DNA from: Candidatus Limnocylindria bacterium
GTDB taxonomy: Bacteria; Chloroflexota; Limnocylindria; QHBO01
NCBI GenBank assembly: GCA_035697845.1
Contig: DASSCI010000005.1
Coordinates: 8,262-72,261, forward strand
Reading direction: 5' to 3'
DNA: 64,000 nt
The translations under genes were made by a program, and so were the position numbers. The notes under the pieces were generated by a model. It was not told the origin of the DNA. It saw only the letters and a list, made by a program, of their open reading frames with translations, and did no database searches. Below, one piece after another: positions 27,069 to 36,307 of this stretch (position 1 is the stretch's first letter; the number at the start of each line of letters is the position of its first letter).

Positions 27069-29437
27069 CGCTCGAGGTCCGTCAGCACCTGGCCGAGGCG
27101 GGTGGGGATCACGACTGCCTCGTCGGCGGTGATCGCGAGCGGGGGACGGATCTTCAGGATGTTGCCATGGCGGCCGGTCGTCCCGACCAGCACGCCGCGC
27201 TCGCGCATCTCGTCCTTGACACGAGCGGCCAGCTCACGATCGGGATCGCGGGTGACGCGGTCGAGCACCAGCTCGACGCCGGCGATCAGCCCGCGGCCGC
27301 GCACGTCGCCGATGGACGAATGGCGGTCGGCGAGCGCCGACAGGTCGCCTCGCAGCGAGTCGCCGACGGTGGCTGCCCGAGCCACCAGGTCCTCGTCCTC
27401 GAGCACGTCCAGCACGGCGAGCGCCGCGGCGCACGCCACCGGATTGCCGCCGAACGTGCTGAAGAACGTCGTCGCCTTCGCGAACCGGTCGACGAGGTCC
27501 GAGCGGGTGACGACCGCAGCGATCGGATAGCCGTTCCCCATCGGCTTGCCGAGCGTGACGAAGTCCGGCGTGATGTCCCACGTGCTGAAGCCCCACAGGC
27601 CACCGCCGGTGCGACCATGGCCGGACTGGACCTCATCCGCCACCCATAGCGCACCGGCCTCCCGCGCCGTGGCCACCAGCGCCCGAACGACCGCGGGATC
27701 CGGCGTAAAGATGCCGTCGGCGCTGAAGAGCGAGTCGATGTACAGCGCGGCCGGTCGCGCGCCACGCTCGCGCAGTCGCGCCACGGCGGCTTGCACCTCC
27801 TCGGCGGCGATCGCTGGCGCGTCAGCAGCGTCGGCGAACGGGCCTCGGTACGTGTTCGGTGCCGCGAAGGTCTCGACGCCATCGGGCCGCACGTCGTCGT
27901 TCCACTCCGACGGTGAGAAATCGGCGATCCGGGCGGTGACGCCGTGGTACGCCCAATCCGTCACGAGCCCGGCGTCGCCGCCGGTCACGGTCGAGGCGAT
28001 CCTCCAGGCGAGGTCGTTCGCCTCGCTGCCGGAGTTCACGAACATGACGGTGTCGAGCTCGTTCGGCATCGACGCAGTGATGCGCTCCGCCAGCTCGACC
28101 ACGTGCTGGTGCAGGTAGCGCGTGTTCGTGTTCAGCAACGATGACTGGCGCGCGATGGCGTCGACCACCCGAGGGTGCGCATGACCGACGACCGGCACGT
28201 TGTTGTAGGCGTCGAGGTAGCGCCGTCCATCGGCGTCCTCCAGCCAGGCGCCGCGCCCGCGGACCAGGTGCAGCGGACGCCGATAGCTCAGCGGCTCGAG
28301 CGCGCTGCCGAGCACGGCGCGCCGCGCGACGAGGGCCTCGTCGCTCGCGACGGAGGAGCGCATCGGCTGTATCGCCATGGCCGCGAGCCGGCGTGAGGCC
28401 TCGTCGAAGCCGACGGCGTCCAGCTGCTCGAGCAGCACCCAGGCCGGCTCGGACCAGCCGTGGATGTAGGCGTTGTCCGGGTACTGCCGGGTGCGAAACG
28501 CGCTGATCAGGATCGTCTGCGCCATGCGCCCGGCCAGCAGATCGCCGAGCAGCGCCGCCTCCAGCTCCTCCAGCGGCACGACCGACGCATAGCCGGCCAG
28601 GAATGCCTGTGCCACGTCGAAGATGTCATCGCGCTCACGTACGAGCGATTGGAGCGTGGCGGGGATGTCGAGCACCAGCGCGGTGTGGGCCATGTCGCCG
28701 AAGTCGATGACGCCCGTCACGTGCCCCGCCTCGTCCACCAGGAGGTTGTCGAGCGTCAGGTCGTTGTGAATGACCTGCGACCGGAGCGTCAGCAGCGCCG
28801 GCAGGACCCGGTCGCGGAAGCGCTCGATGACTCGTTCCAGGAGATCGCGACGCGGTCCCGCTTCGACCAAGGCGCTGTGCCTGAAGAGAAGCGGCAGCCG
28901 CTGCTGGTCCCACAGGATCGTCCTGCCCGCGGCGGGATGGAAGAAGCCACGCAACGCATGGCCGATGCGCGCCACCAGCTCGCCGATATCGCGGACGCTG
29001 ACCGCGTCCAGCTCGCCCGGCCCGGCGTTGCGGCCGGGCAGGAGCGGCAGGAGGCGCACGAGGTGATGCGTTTCACCGATGTGGGCCGTGGCGATCGAGG
29101 ATCCGTCGAGCGCGGGCCGCGCCACCGGCAGCGGCAGGCTCGGTTCGACCAGTGCGATCCGCTCGACGGCCGCAACCTCCATCTCCACCACGCCGGGGTC
29201 CTCCGCAGCGTTGGAGACCTTCAGGACCCATCCGGCGCCGGCGGCATCGGTGAGCCGGAAGTTCTGATCGCGCTCGCTGACGAGTGGCTTCGCCGTGGCC
29301 TCGATGCCGAACGCGGTTCGGGCGACGCCCTCGGCATCGGCGGTGGTGAGGCGGGGTGGGGGAGCCTCGAGCACGTCGGCGGTTGTCATCGGCGTGATGC
29401 TAGCGGGACGGACGTCGGCGGAGCGCTCGGCGCGCAT
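27065..29437 (-). CDS. Fusion protein: N-terminal APH/choline-kinase-like phosphotransferase domain plus C-terminal class-III (AGXT2-like) PLP enzyme; resembles hydroxylysine-kinase / phospho-lyase fusions
   Basis: 790 aa. The kinase part has [13 protein letters not shown] (HxDxxxxN) and IDFGDM (DFG). The PLP part has [13 protein letters not shown] and [13 protein letters not shown] (Schiff-base Lys). Confidence 0.75.
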   Translation of the reverse strand: MRAERSADVRPASITPMTTADVLEAPPPRLTTADAEGVARTAFGIEATAKPLVSERDQNFRLTDAAGAGWVLKVSNAAEDPGVVEMEVAAVERIALVEPSLPLPVARPALDGSSIATAHIGETHHLVRLLPLLPGRNAGPGELDAVSVRDIGELVARIGHALRGFFHPAAGRTILWDQQRLPLLFRHSALVEAGPRRDLLERVIERFRDRVLPALLTLRSQVIHNDLTLDNLLVDEAGHVTGVIDFGDMAHTALVLDIPATLQSLVRERDDIFDVAQAFLAGYASVVPLEELEAALLGDLLAGRMAQTILISAFRTRQYPDNAYIHGWSEPAWVLLEQLDAVGFDEASRRLAAMAIQPMRSSVASDEALVARRAVLGSALEPLSYRRPLHLVRGRGAWLEDADGRRYLDAYNNVPVVGHAHPRVVDAIARQSSLLNTNTRYLHQHVVELAERITASMPNELDTVMFVNSGSEANDLAWRIASTVTGGDAGLVTDWAYHGVTARIADFSPSEWNDDVRPDGVETFAAPNTYRGPFADAADAPAIAAEEVQAAVARLRERGARPAALYIDSLFSADGIFTPDPAVVRALVATAREAGALWVADEVQSGHGRTGGGLWGFSTWDITPDFVTLGKPMGNGYPIAAVVTRSDLVDRFAKATTFFSTFGGNPVACAAALAVLDVLEDEDLVARAATVGDSLRGDLSALADRHSSIGDVRGRGLIAGVELVLDRVTRDPDRELAARVKDEMRERGVLVGTTGRHGNILKIRPPLAITADEAVVIPTRLGQVLTDLER

Positions 29438-29578
29438 CCCTCGTTCGTACCGGTGCCGCGCACGAGACCTGCGCTAGAATCGGGAACCGTCACCGCGATC
29501 CGGCCTGCTTCCGCCTTCGGACCATGCGGCGCGTAGAGGCGCCGGCGTCGCGTCGCATAGGAGGCACTCAGCGCACCT

Positions 29579-30847
29579 ATGGCCAGCCAGAACCCCGTGG
29601 CGGAGGCGCCGAACATCTGGGCAGTCGCCCAGTCGCAGTTCGACCACGCAGCCGACAAGCTCGATCTCGACGACGGCATGCGGCGCGTCCTCCGCGTTCC
29701 CCAGCGCGAGCTGACGGTCAACTTCCCCGTCACCATGGACGACGGATCCGTCCGCGTCTTCACCGGCCACCGCGTCCAGCACAACGTGAGCCGCGGGCCG
29801 GGCAAGGGCGGCATCCGCTACCACCAGGACGTCAGCCTGGACGAGGTCCGCGCGCTGTCGATGTGGATGACGTGGAAGTGCGCGTGCGTCAACATTCCGT
29901 ATGGCGGCGCCAAGGGCGGCGTGGTCGTCGATCCCAAGCAGCTGTCGATGCGCGAGGTCGAGGGGCTGACGCGCCGCTTCACGACCGAGATCAGCCCGCT
30001 CATCGGTCCCGAGCGCGACATCCCCGCGCCGGACGTCAACACCAACGCCCAGACCATGGCCTGGATCATGGACACCTACTCCATGCACCACGGCTTCACG
30101 ATCCCGGGCGTCGTGACCGGCAAGCCGATCGCGGTCGGTGGCTCGCTCGGCCGCAACGAGGCCACGGCGCGCGGCGCCGTCTTCACGCTCCAGCAGTGGG
30201 CGGCGGCGAAGAACCAGCCGCTCCACGGCGCGCGCGTCGCGATCCAGGGCTACGGCAATGCCGGCAGCATCGCGGCGACGCTGCTGCGCGAGCAGGGGGC
30301 CACGATCGTGGCCGTCAGTGACTCGAGCGGCGGCATCCACAACGCGAACGGCCTGGAGCCATCCAAGGTAGGGACGTGGAAGCAGGAGCACGGCACCGTG
30401 GTCGGCTTCCCCGGCGCCGACGAGGTCAGCAACCAGGAGCTGCTCGAGGTCGACTGCGACATCCTCGTCCCGGCCGCGCTCGAGAACCAGATCACGCGGC
30501 ACAACGCCCCACGCATCAAGGCCAAGGTCGTGGCCGAGGCCGCCAACGGGCCGACCACTCCCGAAGCCGATGCGATCCTCTACGACCGCGGCGTCTTCCT
30601 CATCCCCGACATCCTCTGCAACGCCGGCGGCGTGACGGTCAGCTACTTCGAGTGGGTCCAGGACATGCAGAGCTTCTTCTGGACGGAGGAGCGCATCAAC
30701 GAGAGCCTCAAGGAGATCATGGACCGCGCCTTCGAGGCGGTCTACGCCATGAGCGAGCGCCACGAGGTCGACATGCGGACCGCGGCCTACATGGTCGCCG
30801 TCGCCCGCGTCGCCGAGGCGACCACGCTGCGCGGGCTCTACCCGTAG
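29579..30847 (+). CDS. gdhA: Glutamate dehydrogenase (canonical, all catalytic residues present)
   Basis: 422 aa. GPGKGGIRYH, PYGGAKGGV, DIPAPDVNT and IQGYGNAGS are all present. SD AGGAGG lies upstream. Confidence 0.9.
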   Translation: MASQNPVAEAPNIWAVAQSQFDHAADKLDLDDGMRRVLRVPQRELTVNFPVTMDDGSVRVFTGHRVQHNVSRGPGKGGIRYHQDVSLDEVRALSMWMTWKCACVNIPYGGAKGGVVVDPKQLSMREVEGLTRRFTTEISPLIGPERDIPAPDVNTNAQTMAWIMDTYSMHHGFTIPGVVTGKPIAVGGSLGRNEATARGAVFTLQQWAAAKNQPLHGARVAIQGYGNAGSIAATLLREQGATIVAVSDSSGGIHNANGLEPSKVGTWKQEHGTVVGFPGADEVSNQELLEVDCDILVPAALENQITRHNAPRIKAKVVAEAANGPTTPEADAILYDRGVFLIPDILCNAGGVTVSYFEWVQDMQSFFWTEERINESLKEIMDRAFEAVYAMSERHEVDMRTAAYMVAVARVAEATTLRGLYP

Positions 30848-30851
30848 AGCC

Positions 30852-31457
30852 ATGCTCGATCACGAAGAGCGCTTCCTGTTTCGCGAGGAGATCCACAACC
30901 TCGCGAACGCGCTCGCCGATCCTGGCCAGCTCGACAACGTCGAGGACCTGCTGGCCGAGGTCACGACCAGCCCACGCTTCGACGCCGACGTGTTCACGCT
31001 GGAGCGGTCGCTCCAGGTCATGCTCGGCGGCCGTGCCGGGTCGACGCTGGTGGGGCTGCTGACCGTCGACCGCGGCGTCTTCGAGGAGCTCGGCGAGATG
31101 GGCCTGCCGTCCGACGTGCAGGAGCGGCTGGTGTCGTGGCGCGCCCGCTTCGGCCTCGTCATCGACAACGCGCTGAACTTCCTCAACAACCCGGACGGCA
31201 TCCAGGGCCACAACTTCGGCACGCAGCTGTCGCACACCGAGTCCGGGCTCACGCTCCAGGGCCGCCTGACGCTCGTGCGCTACAACAACGAGCCGCAGTT
31301 CTTCATCGCCGATGCGGACGTGCTGCTGTCCGTCGCGGCCGACATGCTCGAGCGGCTCGGCGAGCACCTCGAGCCCGAGATGATCGACGCGGAGCTCATC
31401 GGCCGGCTGCGCGAGGGCGTCGAGCTGGTGGAGCGCCGCACGAAGTCCCGTTCGTAG
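30852..31457 (+). CDS. Hypothetical protein
   Basis: 201 aa ORF starting 4 nt after the gdh stop. Codon usage is GC3-rich and no family was recognised. Confidence 0.5.
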   Translation: MLDHEERFLFREEIHNLANALADPGQLDNVEDLLAEVTTSPRFDADVFTLERSLQVMLGGRAGSTLVGLLTVDRGVFEELGEMGLPSDVQERLVSWRARFGLVIDNALNFLNNPDGIQGHNFGTQLSHTESGLTLQGRLTLVRYNNEPQFFIADADVLLSVAADMLERLGEHLEPEMIDAELIGRLREGVELVERRTKSRS

Positions 31458-31511
31458 CTGGTGGGTAGGTGACGAGTCGGGGCCAAGCCCTGAGGCCGTA
31501 GACTCCGAAGC

Positions 31512-32603
31512 GTGAGCTCGGCGAGGCGCGTCTTCCTGGCCGCCACCGGTCAGAACCGTGGCAAGACGACGACCAGCCTCGGTCTGCTCGCCGCGATCCG
31601 CGAGCGCGGGCTGCGGCTCGGATTCCTGAAGCCGGTCGGTCAGCGCTACCTCGTGGTCGACGGCACGCGCGCCGACGAGGACGCGGTCCTGATGAGCGAG
31701 GTGTTCGGGCTGCCCGACGCGCTGAACGACATGTCGCCGGTGACCCTGCCGCGGCGCTTCACCACCGACTTCATCATGGGACGCATCGGCGACGACCTCG
31801 CGGCGCAGGTCGCCACGGCGTACGACCGGGTCGCCCGCAACCGCGACGTGGTCGTCATCGAGGGCACCGGGCACGCGGGCGTCGGGGCGGTCATCGGCCT
31901 CTCGAACGCCCAGGCGGCGGCCATGCTGGATGCGCCGGTCATCGTCGTCAGCGAGGGGGGCGTCGGGCGGCCGATCGACGAGATCGTGCTCAATGTCTCG
32001 CTCTTCGCCGCCAACGGCGTGCGCGTGCTGGGCGCGGTGGTCAACAAGGTCGACGTCGTCTCGCACCCCGACCTGCCGGCGATCCTTGCCCGCGGCCTGG
32101 CACAGCACGGCGTCGAGCTTCTCGGGTGCATCCCGTATTCCGAGCTGCTGGCCAACCCGTCGCTCGAGCTTGTGGCGACGCACCTCGAGGGAGAGCTGCG
32201 CAGCGGCGAGGCGGCACCGGGCGAGACGATCGGCTGGGTCGCCATCGGCGCCATGGAGGCGGTCCACGCCGTCGAGCTGCTGCGCGACCGAACGCTGCTC
32301 ATCACGCCCGGGGATCGCGACGATCTCCTGCTGGCGGCGATCGAGGCGAACCGCGGCGCGCGCGTCCCGCGGGTCATCGGCGTCATCCTGACGGGCGGAT
32401 TCGAGCCCCGCCCCCCGATCCTGGCCGCCCTCAGACGAGCCGGGCTGTTCGCCTACCTCGTCCGGACCGATACGTACCGCACTGCCCAGGCGGTGGACGA
32501 GATCCTGGTCAAGACCCACCCGGCTGACACGGAAAAGATCGCGACCATCATCGACCTGGTCGATGGCGCGATCGACGTGGACGGGCTGCTCCAGCGCCTG
32601 TAG
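31512..32603 (+). CDS. Stand-alone Pta-N-terminal-like protein (BioD/CobQ-like P-loop AAA_26 domain plus DRTGG domain)
   Basis: 363 aa. The N-terminal P-loop region (RVFLAATGQNRGKTTTSLGLLAAI, GxGKT) and C-terminal ...LITPGDRDDLLLAAIEA... resemble the regulatory N-terminal half of phosphotransacetylase. No acetyltransferase domain follows. Confidence 0.55.
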   Translation: MSSARRVFLAATGQNRGKTTTSLGLLAAIRERGLRLGFLKPVGQRYLVVDGTRADEDAVLMSEVFGLPDALNDMSPVTLPRRFTTDFIMGRIGDDLAAQVATAYDRVARNRDVVVIEGTGHAGVGAVIGLSNAQAAAMLDAPVIVVSEGGVGRPIDEIVLNVSLFAANGVRVLGAVVNKVDVVSHPDLPAILARGLAQHGVELLGCIPYSELLANPSLELVATHLEGELRSGEAAPGETIGWVAIGAMEAVHAVELLRDRTLLITPGDRDDLLLAAIEANRGARVPRVIGVILTGGFEPRPPILAALRRAGLFAYLVRTDTYRTAQAVDEILVKTHPADTEKIATIIDLVDGAIDVDGLLQRL

Positions 32604-32770
32604 GGGATCGGCGGGCACGAAGAAGGGAGGCCGGACGTGGGCACCCGCCGGCCTCCCAAGGGCACCGTTGGCGCACGCGGCCGGGAGACGGCCGGCACCG
32701 CGGTGACAGGCCGCATCATACGGTGGCCGATACGGACCGCACTAGTACTTTGGATGGTCGGGCGGCGCCG

Positions 32771-33625
32771 CTATGCCACGTCCCAGGCAAGCGGCATGTT
32801 GTCGGTCAGCCGCGCCCGCCCGATCCAGATCGCGACGAGCGCCAGCGCCGGACCGGACACGCGCTGCAGCTCGGCCAGGGTGGCCGCGTCCGCGACGCTG
32901 ACGTAGTCGATGCGCGCGCGATGCTCGGCCGCCAGCACGTCGGTCATGCGCCAGCGCAGCACCTCCGCCGAGCGCTCGCCGGCGTCGTAGGCGGCCTTCG
33001 CCGCGTTGAGCGCGTTGTACAGGCACGTCGCGGCGTGGCGCTCCTCGATGCCGAGCAGGGCGTTGGCGCTCGACAGCGCCAGCCCGTCGTCATCGCGGAT
33101 CGTGGGGCAGATGACGAGCTCCACGTTCATGAACAGGTCGCGCAGCATGCGGCGGACGATCACCACCTGCTGGGCGTGTCGCTGGCCGAGGTACAGGCGG
33201 GCCGGGCCGACCAGATGGAGCAGCTTGAGCATGACCGTGGTCAGCCCGTCGAGGTGTCCGGGGCGAGACGCGCCCTCCAGCTGCCGCGTCAGGCCCTCCA
33301 CCGTGACGCGCGTCGTGTCGTCGGGTGGGTAGAGCGTCGTGACCTCCGGCAGGAACGCGATGTCGACCTCGGCGTGGTCGAGCAGCGCAAGGTCGCGAAC
33401 GTGATCGCGAGCGCCGGGCTGGCCCTCGTCCAGCGTGCTGAAGGCATGCGGGTTCACGAACGACGAGACGACCACGCAGCCGTTGTCGGCGCGCGCGCGC
33501 CGCACGAGCGACAGCTGGCCGTCGTGGAGCATGCCCATCGTCGGCACGAAGCCGACGCTGTCGCCGGCGATCCGGCGCTGGAGGATCGCGTCTCGCAGCT
33601 CGTCCGCGGTGTGGACGACGATCAC
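32771..33625 (-). CDS. panC: Pantoate--beta-alanine ligase (pantothenate synthetase)
   Basis: 284 aa. GFVPTMGMLHDGQLSLV (canonical PTMGxLHxGH region), and ...LHLVGPARLYLGQRHAQQ with VICPTIRDDDGLALSSAN (KDFQQ- and SSRN-like, the second with a conservative substitution) match PanC. Confidence 0.85.
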   Translation of the reverse strand: MIVVHTADELRDAILQRRIAGDSVGFVPTMGMLHDGQLSLVRRARADNGCVVVSSFVNPHAFSTLDEGQPGARDHVRDLALLDHAEVDIAFLPEVTTLYPPDDTTRVTVEGLTRQLEGASRPGHLDGLTTVMLKLLHLVGPARLYLGQRHAQQVVIVRRMLRDLFMNVELVICPTIRDDDGLALSSANALLGIEERHAATCLYNALNAAKAAYDAGERSAEVLRWRMTDVLAAEHRARIDYVSVADAATLAELQRVSGPALALVAIWIGRARLTDNMPLAWDVA

Positions 33626-34890
33626 GAACGGCGGCGGCGCGGGGAGGTGGTGCTCTCGGTCGCCCCCCTCGAGTGTCTGTATCGGTCAGCGATGAGATCC
33701 CACAGGCGCTCGGCGACCTGGCGCTTCGGCAGCATCGGCCAGTCGGTCAGTGCGCCCTCGGCAGCGAAGACGGTGACCTTGTTCTCGTCTGAGCCGATGG
33801 CGTCGAACGGCCCGCCCACCACGTTCCCGACGATGAGGTCGAGCCCCTTGTCGCGTAGCTTCGCAGCCGCGTTCGCCTCCAGGTCGTTCGACTCGGCCGC
33901 GAAGCCGATGAGGAACGGACGCACCTCGTCGGGCATCTCGCCGACCTCGGCCACGATGTCCGGGTTCGGCACGAGCTCGATCTGGAGCGTGTCGCCGGAG
34001 CGCTTGATCTTGCGCTGGCTGGCGCGGGCCGGCGCGAAGTCGGCGACGGCGGCGGCCATGACCAGGATGTCGGCGTTCGGCGCCGCCCGCAGGACCGACT
34101 CGCGCATCGCGTGCGCGGTCGTTGCTTCGATCACCGTGACGCCCCGCGGTGGCGTGACGCTCATGACGCCGGCGATCAGGGTCACCGCCGCACCGCGATC
34201 GCGGGCGGCCTCTGCAAGGGCGGCGCCCATCTTGCCGCTGCTGCGATTGCCGATGAAGCGGACGGGGTCGAGCGGCTCCCGCGTGCCGCCGGCGCTGACC
34301 ACGACGTGCAGGCCCTCGAGGTCGCCCGCACGCGCGAACAGGTGCTCGACCGCGGCGACGATGGTCGGCGGCTCCGCCAGGCGGCCGATGCCCGTCAGCC
34401 CCGACGCGAGCTCGCCGACCTCCGGCTCGACCAGGATGTAGCCGAAGTCTCGCAGGGTGGCCACGTTCCGCTGCGTGGCCGGGTGCGTCCACATGCCGGC
34501 GTCCATTGCCGGCGCCACGATGACCGGCGCGCGGCTGGCGCACGCGATGGCGGTCACCGCGTCACCCACCAGGCCGGCCGCCAGCTCGCCGATGAGGTTG
34601 GCGGTCGCAGGGGCGAGGACGATCGCATCGGCCGCCTCGGCCAGCTCGATGTGCGCGATCTGCTGTTCAGCGTCGAGCTCGAAGACGTCGTCGAGCACGG
34701 GCCGGTGGGTGAGGCTCTCGAAGGTCAGCGGACCGACGAAGCGCGTCGCCGCGGCGGTCATGGCGACGTCGACCACGGCGCCTCGGTCCCCCAGCATGCG
34801 GACCAGGCTCACCGCCTTGTAGGCGGCGATGCTGCCCGAGACGCCGACGACGATGCGCCGACCGGCGAGTGGGCCCAGGCCCTCGTTCAT
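33622..34890 (-). CDS. coaBC: Bifunctional phosphopantothenoylcysteine decarboxylase / phosphopantothenate--cysteine ligase
   Basis: Start trimmed to MNEGLGPLAGRRIVVGVSGSIAAYK (flavoprotein domain). The C-terminal CoaB ligase domain has the ...GNRSSGKMG motif. The upstream Arg-rich extension in the track is an artefact. The gene stop overlaps the panC start (ATGA). Confidence 0.85.
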   Translation of the reverse strand: MNEGLGPLAGRRIVVGVSGSIAAYKAVSLVRMLGDRGAVVDVAMTAAATRFVGPLTFESLTHRPVLDDVFELDAEQQIAHIELAEAADAIVLAPATANLIGELAAGLVGDAVTAIACASRAPVIVAPAMDAGMWTHPATQRNVATLRDFGYILVEPEVGELASGLTGIGRLAEPPTIVAAVEHLFARAGDLEGLHVVVSAGGTREPLDPVRFIGNRSSGKMGAALAEAARDRGAAVTLIAGVMSVTPPRGVTVIEATTAHAMRESVLRAAPNADILVMAAAVADFAPARASQRKIKRSGDTLQIELVPNPDIVAEVGEMPDEVRPFLIGFAAESNDLEANAAAKLRDKGLDLIVGNVVGGPFDAIGSDENKVTVFAAEGALTDWPMLPKRQVAERLWDLIADRYRHSRGATESTTSPRRRRS

Positions 34891-35708
34891 CGCTCGCCTG
34901 CCGCGGCGCGTGACCGATCGCGGATGGCGGCCCATGCGTATCGGATGCCGCGCAGGGTGAGGTCGGGCTCGACCCGGTCGATGCCGGGCACCTCGGCCAG
35001 CCACGGCTGGTGGGTGTATCCGCCGGTCGCCACGACCGTGATGCGGGTCTCGCGCGGCGACCGCTCGATCAGCTCGCCGCGCAGCGCGGTCAGCAGCCCG
35101 CTGACCAGGCCGATGTAGCCGAGCACCGCTCCGGACTGCATGGCGTGGATGGTGTTGGCGCCGATCGCCGACGGCGGACGCCGCAGCTCGATGCGCGGCA
35201 GCTTGCTGGCGCGCCCGACCAGCGCCTCCAGGCTGAGGCCCATGCCCGGCGCGATCGCCCCGCCGATGTAGGCGCCATCGGCGTCGACGAGGTCGAAGTT
35301 CGTGCTGGTGCCGAGGTCGATGACGATGGCCGGCCCGCCGAACTCGGTCCGCGCGGCCAACGCGTTGGCCAGGCGGTCCGCACCGGCCTCCGACGGCCGA
35401 TCGATCCGGATGTCGAGGATGCCGTCGAGCGAGGCGGCGTCGACGATGGCGGGCGCCACGCCGATCCGATCGGCACTGAGGCGCTCCCACGTCTCGGTCA
35501 GCGGCGGGACGACGCTGGCGAGTGCAACCGCGTCGAGCTCGTCGAGGCGGTGCCCGTCCAGCGCGAGCAGGCCGGTGAGCATGGCCGCAACTTCATCGGA
35601 GGTCGCGTTCGCACGCGTGATGGCGCGCCAGGAGCGCGCCAGTCGGTCGTCGGTGAAGAGCCCGATCGAGACGTTCGTGTTGCCGATGTCGGCCGCCAGC
35701 AGCTTCAC
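34887..35708 (-). CDS. coaX: Type III pantothenate kinase
   Basis: 273 aa. MKLLAADIGNTNVSIGLF (ASKHA N-terminal motif), DLGTSTNFDLV and ATGGYT match CoaX. Its stop overlaps the coaBC start. Confidence 0.85.
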   Translation of the reverse strand: MKLLAADIGNTNVSIGLFTDDRLARSWRAITRANATSDEVAAMLTGLLALDGHRLDELDAVALASVVPPLTETWERLSADRIGVAPAIVDAASLDGILDIRIDRPSEAGADRLANALAARTEFGGPAIVIDLGTSTNFDLVDADGAYIGGAIAPGMGLSLEALVGRASKLPRIELRRPPSAIGANTIHAMQSGAVLGYIGLVSGLLTALRGELIERSPRETRITVVATGGYTHQPWLAEVPGIDRVEPDLTLRGIRYAWAAIRDRSRAAAGER

Positions 35709-35788
35709 GGGCCGTATCGTAGCAGTCGTTCCCGGCGGGACCTTCCGGCGCGGAGGGCGGTGCTAGACTCGCCCGCGATCCCCCTACC

Positions 35789-36307
35789 ATGAGCCCGATG
35801 TCAGACGCGCGCGCCAAGCTCTACATCAACACCGGCGTGGTCACCGGAAAGAGCGACATCTACAACATCCTGCGCCCGCTCCTGAAGCAGACGGTCAGCT
35901 ACACCTACGTTCGGGGATCGAAGGTCGAGTCGAGCGGCACGGGGTGGGTTGAGCGCATCGTGGTGGATCACCCGGAGATCGCCTCGTACTTCACGCCGCT
36001 CGCCATCTGCGTCAACCTCGACTCGTTCGACTACCTCCAGTTCGACACCACCTCGGAGCAGCTCCTGGTCTACACACTGACCGTCGGCAACGAGCGCGTC
36101 GTGCTCGAGTTCGCCGCGAGCGGCCAACCGCGCCTCGCCGCCGACGGAGAGACCGATGCGGCACACCCACCGAACGGCCGGCCGCTCCCCCGCAACGCCG
36201 AGGAGCTCGCTCGCGACCTGCGCTTCATCCAGATGGAGCTGCTCATGTCGGCCGACGCCGACGCCGCCGACGGTGAGCGGTCGGACGAGGACGAGGACGG
36301 GCCGTGA
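35789..36307 (+). CDS. Hypothetical protein with an acidic C-terminus
   Basis: 172 aa GC3-rich ORF. A TAGACT -10-like element lies 20 nt upstream. It overlaps the next gene by 4 nt. Confidence 0.5.
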   Translation: MSPMSDARAKLYINTGVVTGKSDIYNILRPLLKQTVSYTYVRGSKVESSGTGWVERIVVDHPEIASYFTPLAICVNLDSFDYLQFDTTSEQLLVYTLTVGNERVVLEFAASGQPRLAADGETDAAHPPNGRPLPRNAEELARDLRFIQMELLMSADADAADGERSDEDEDGP

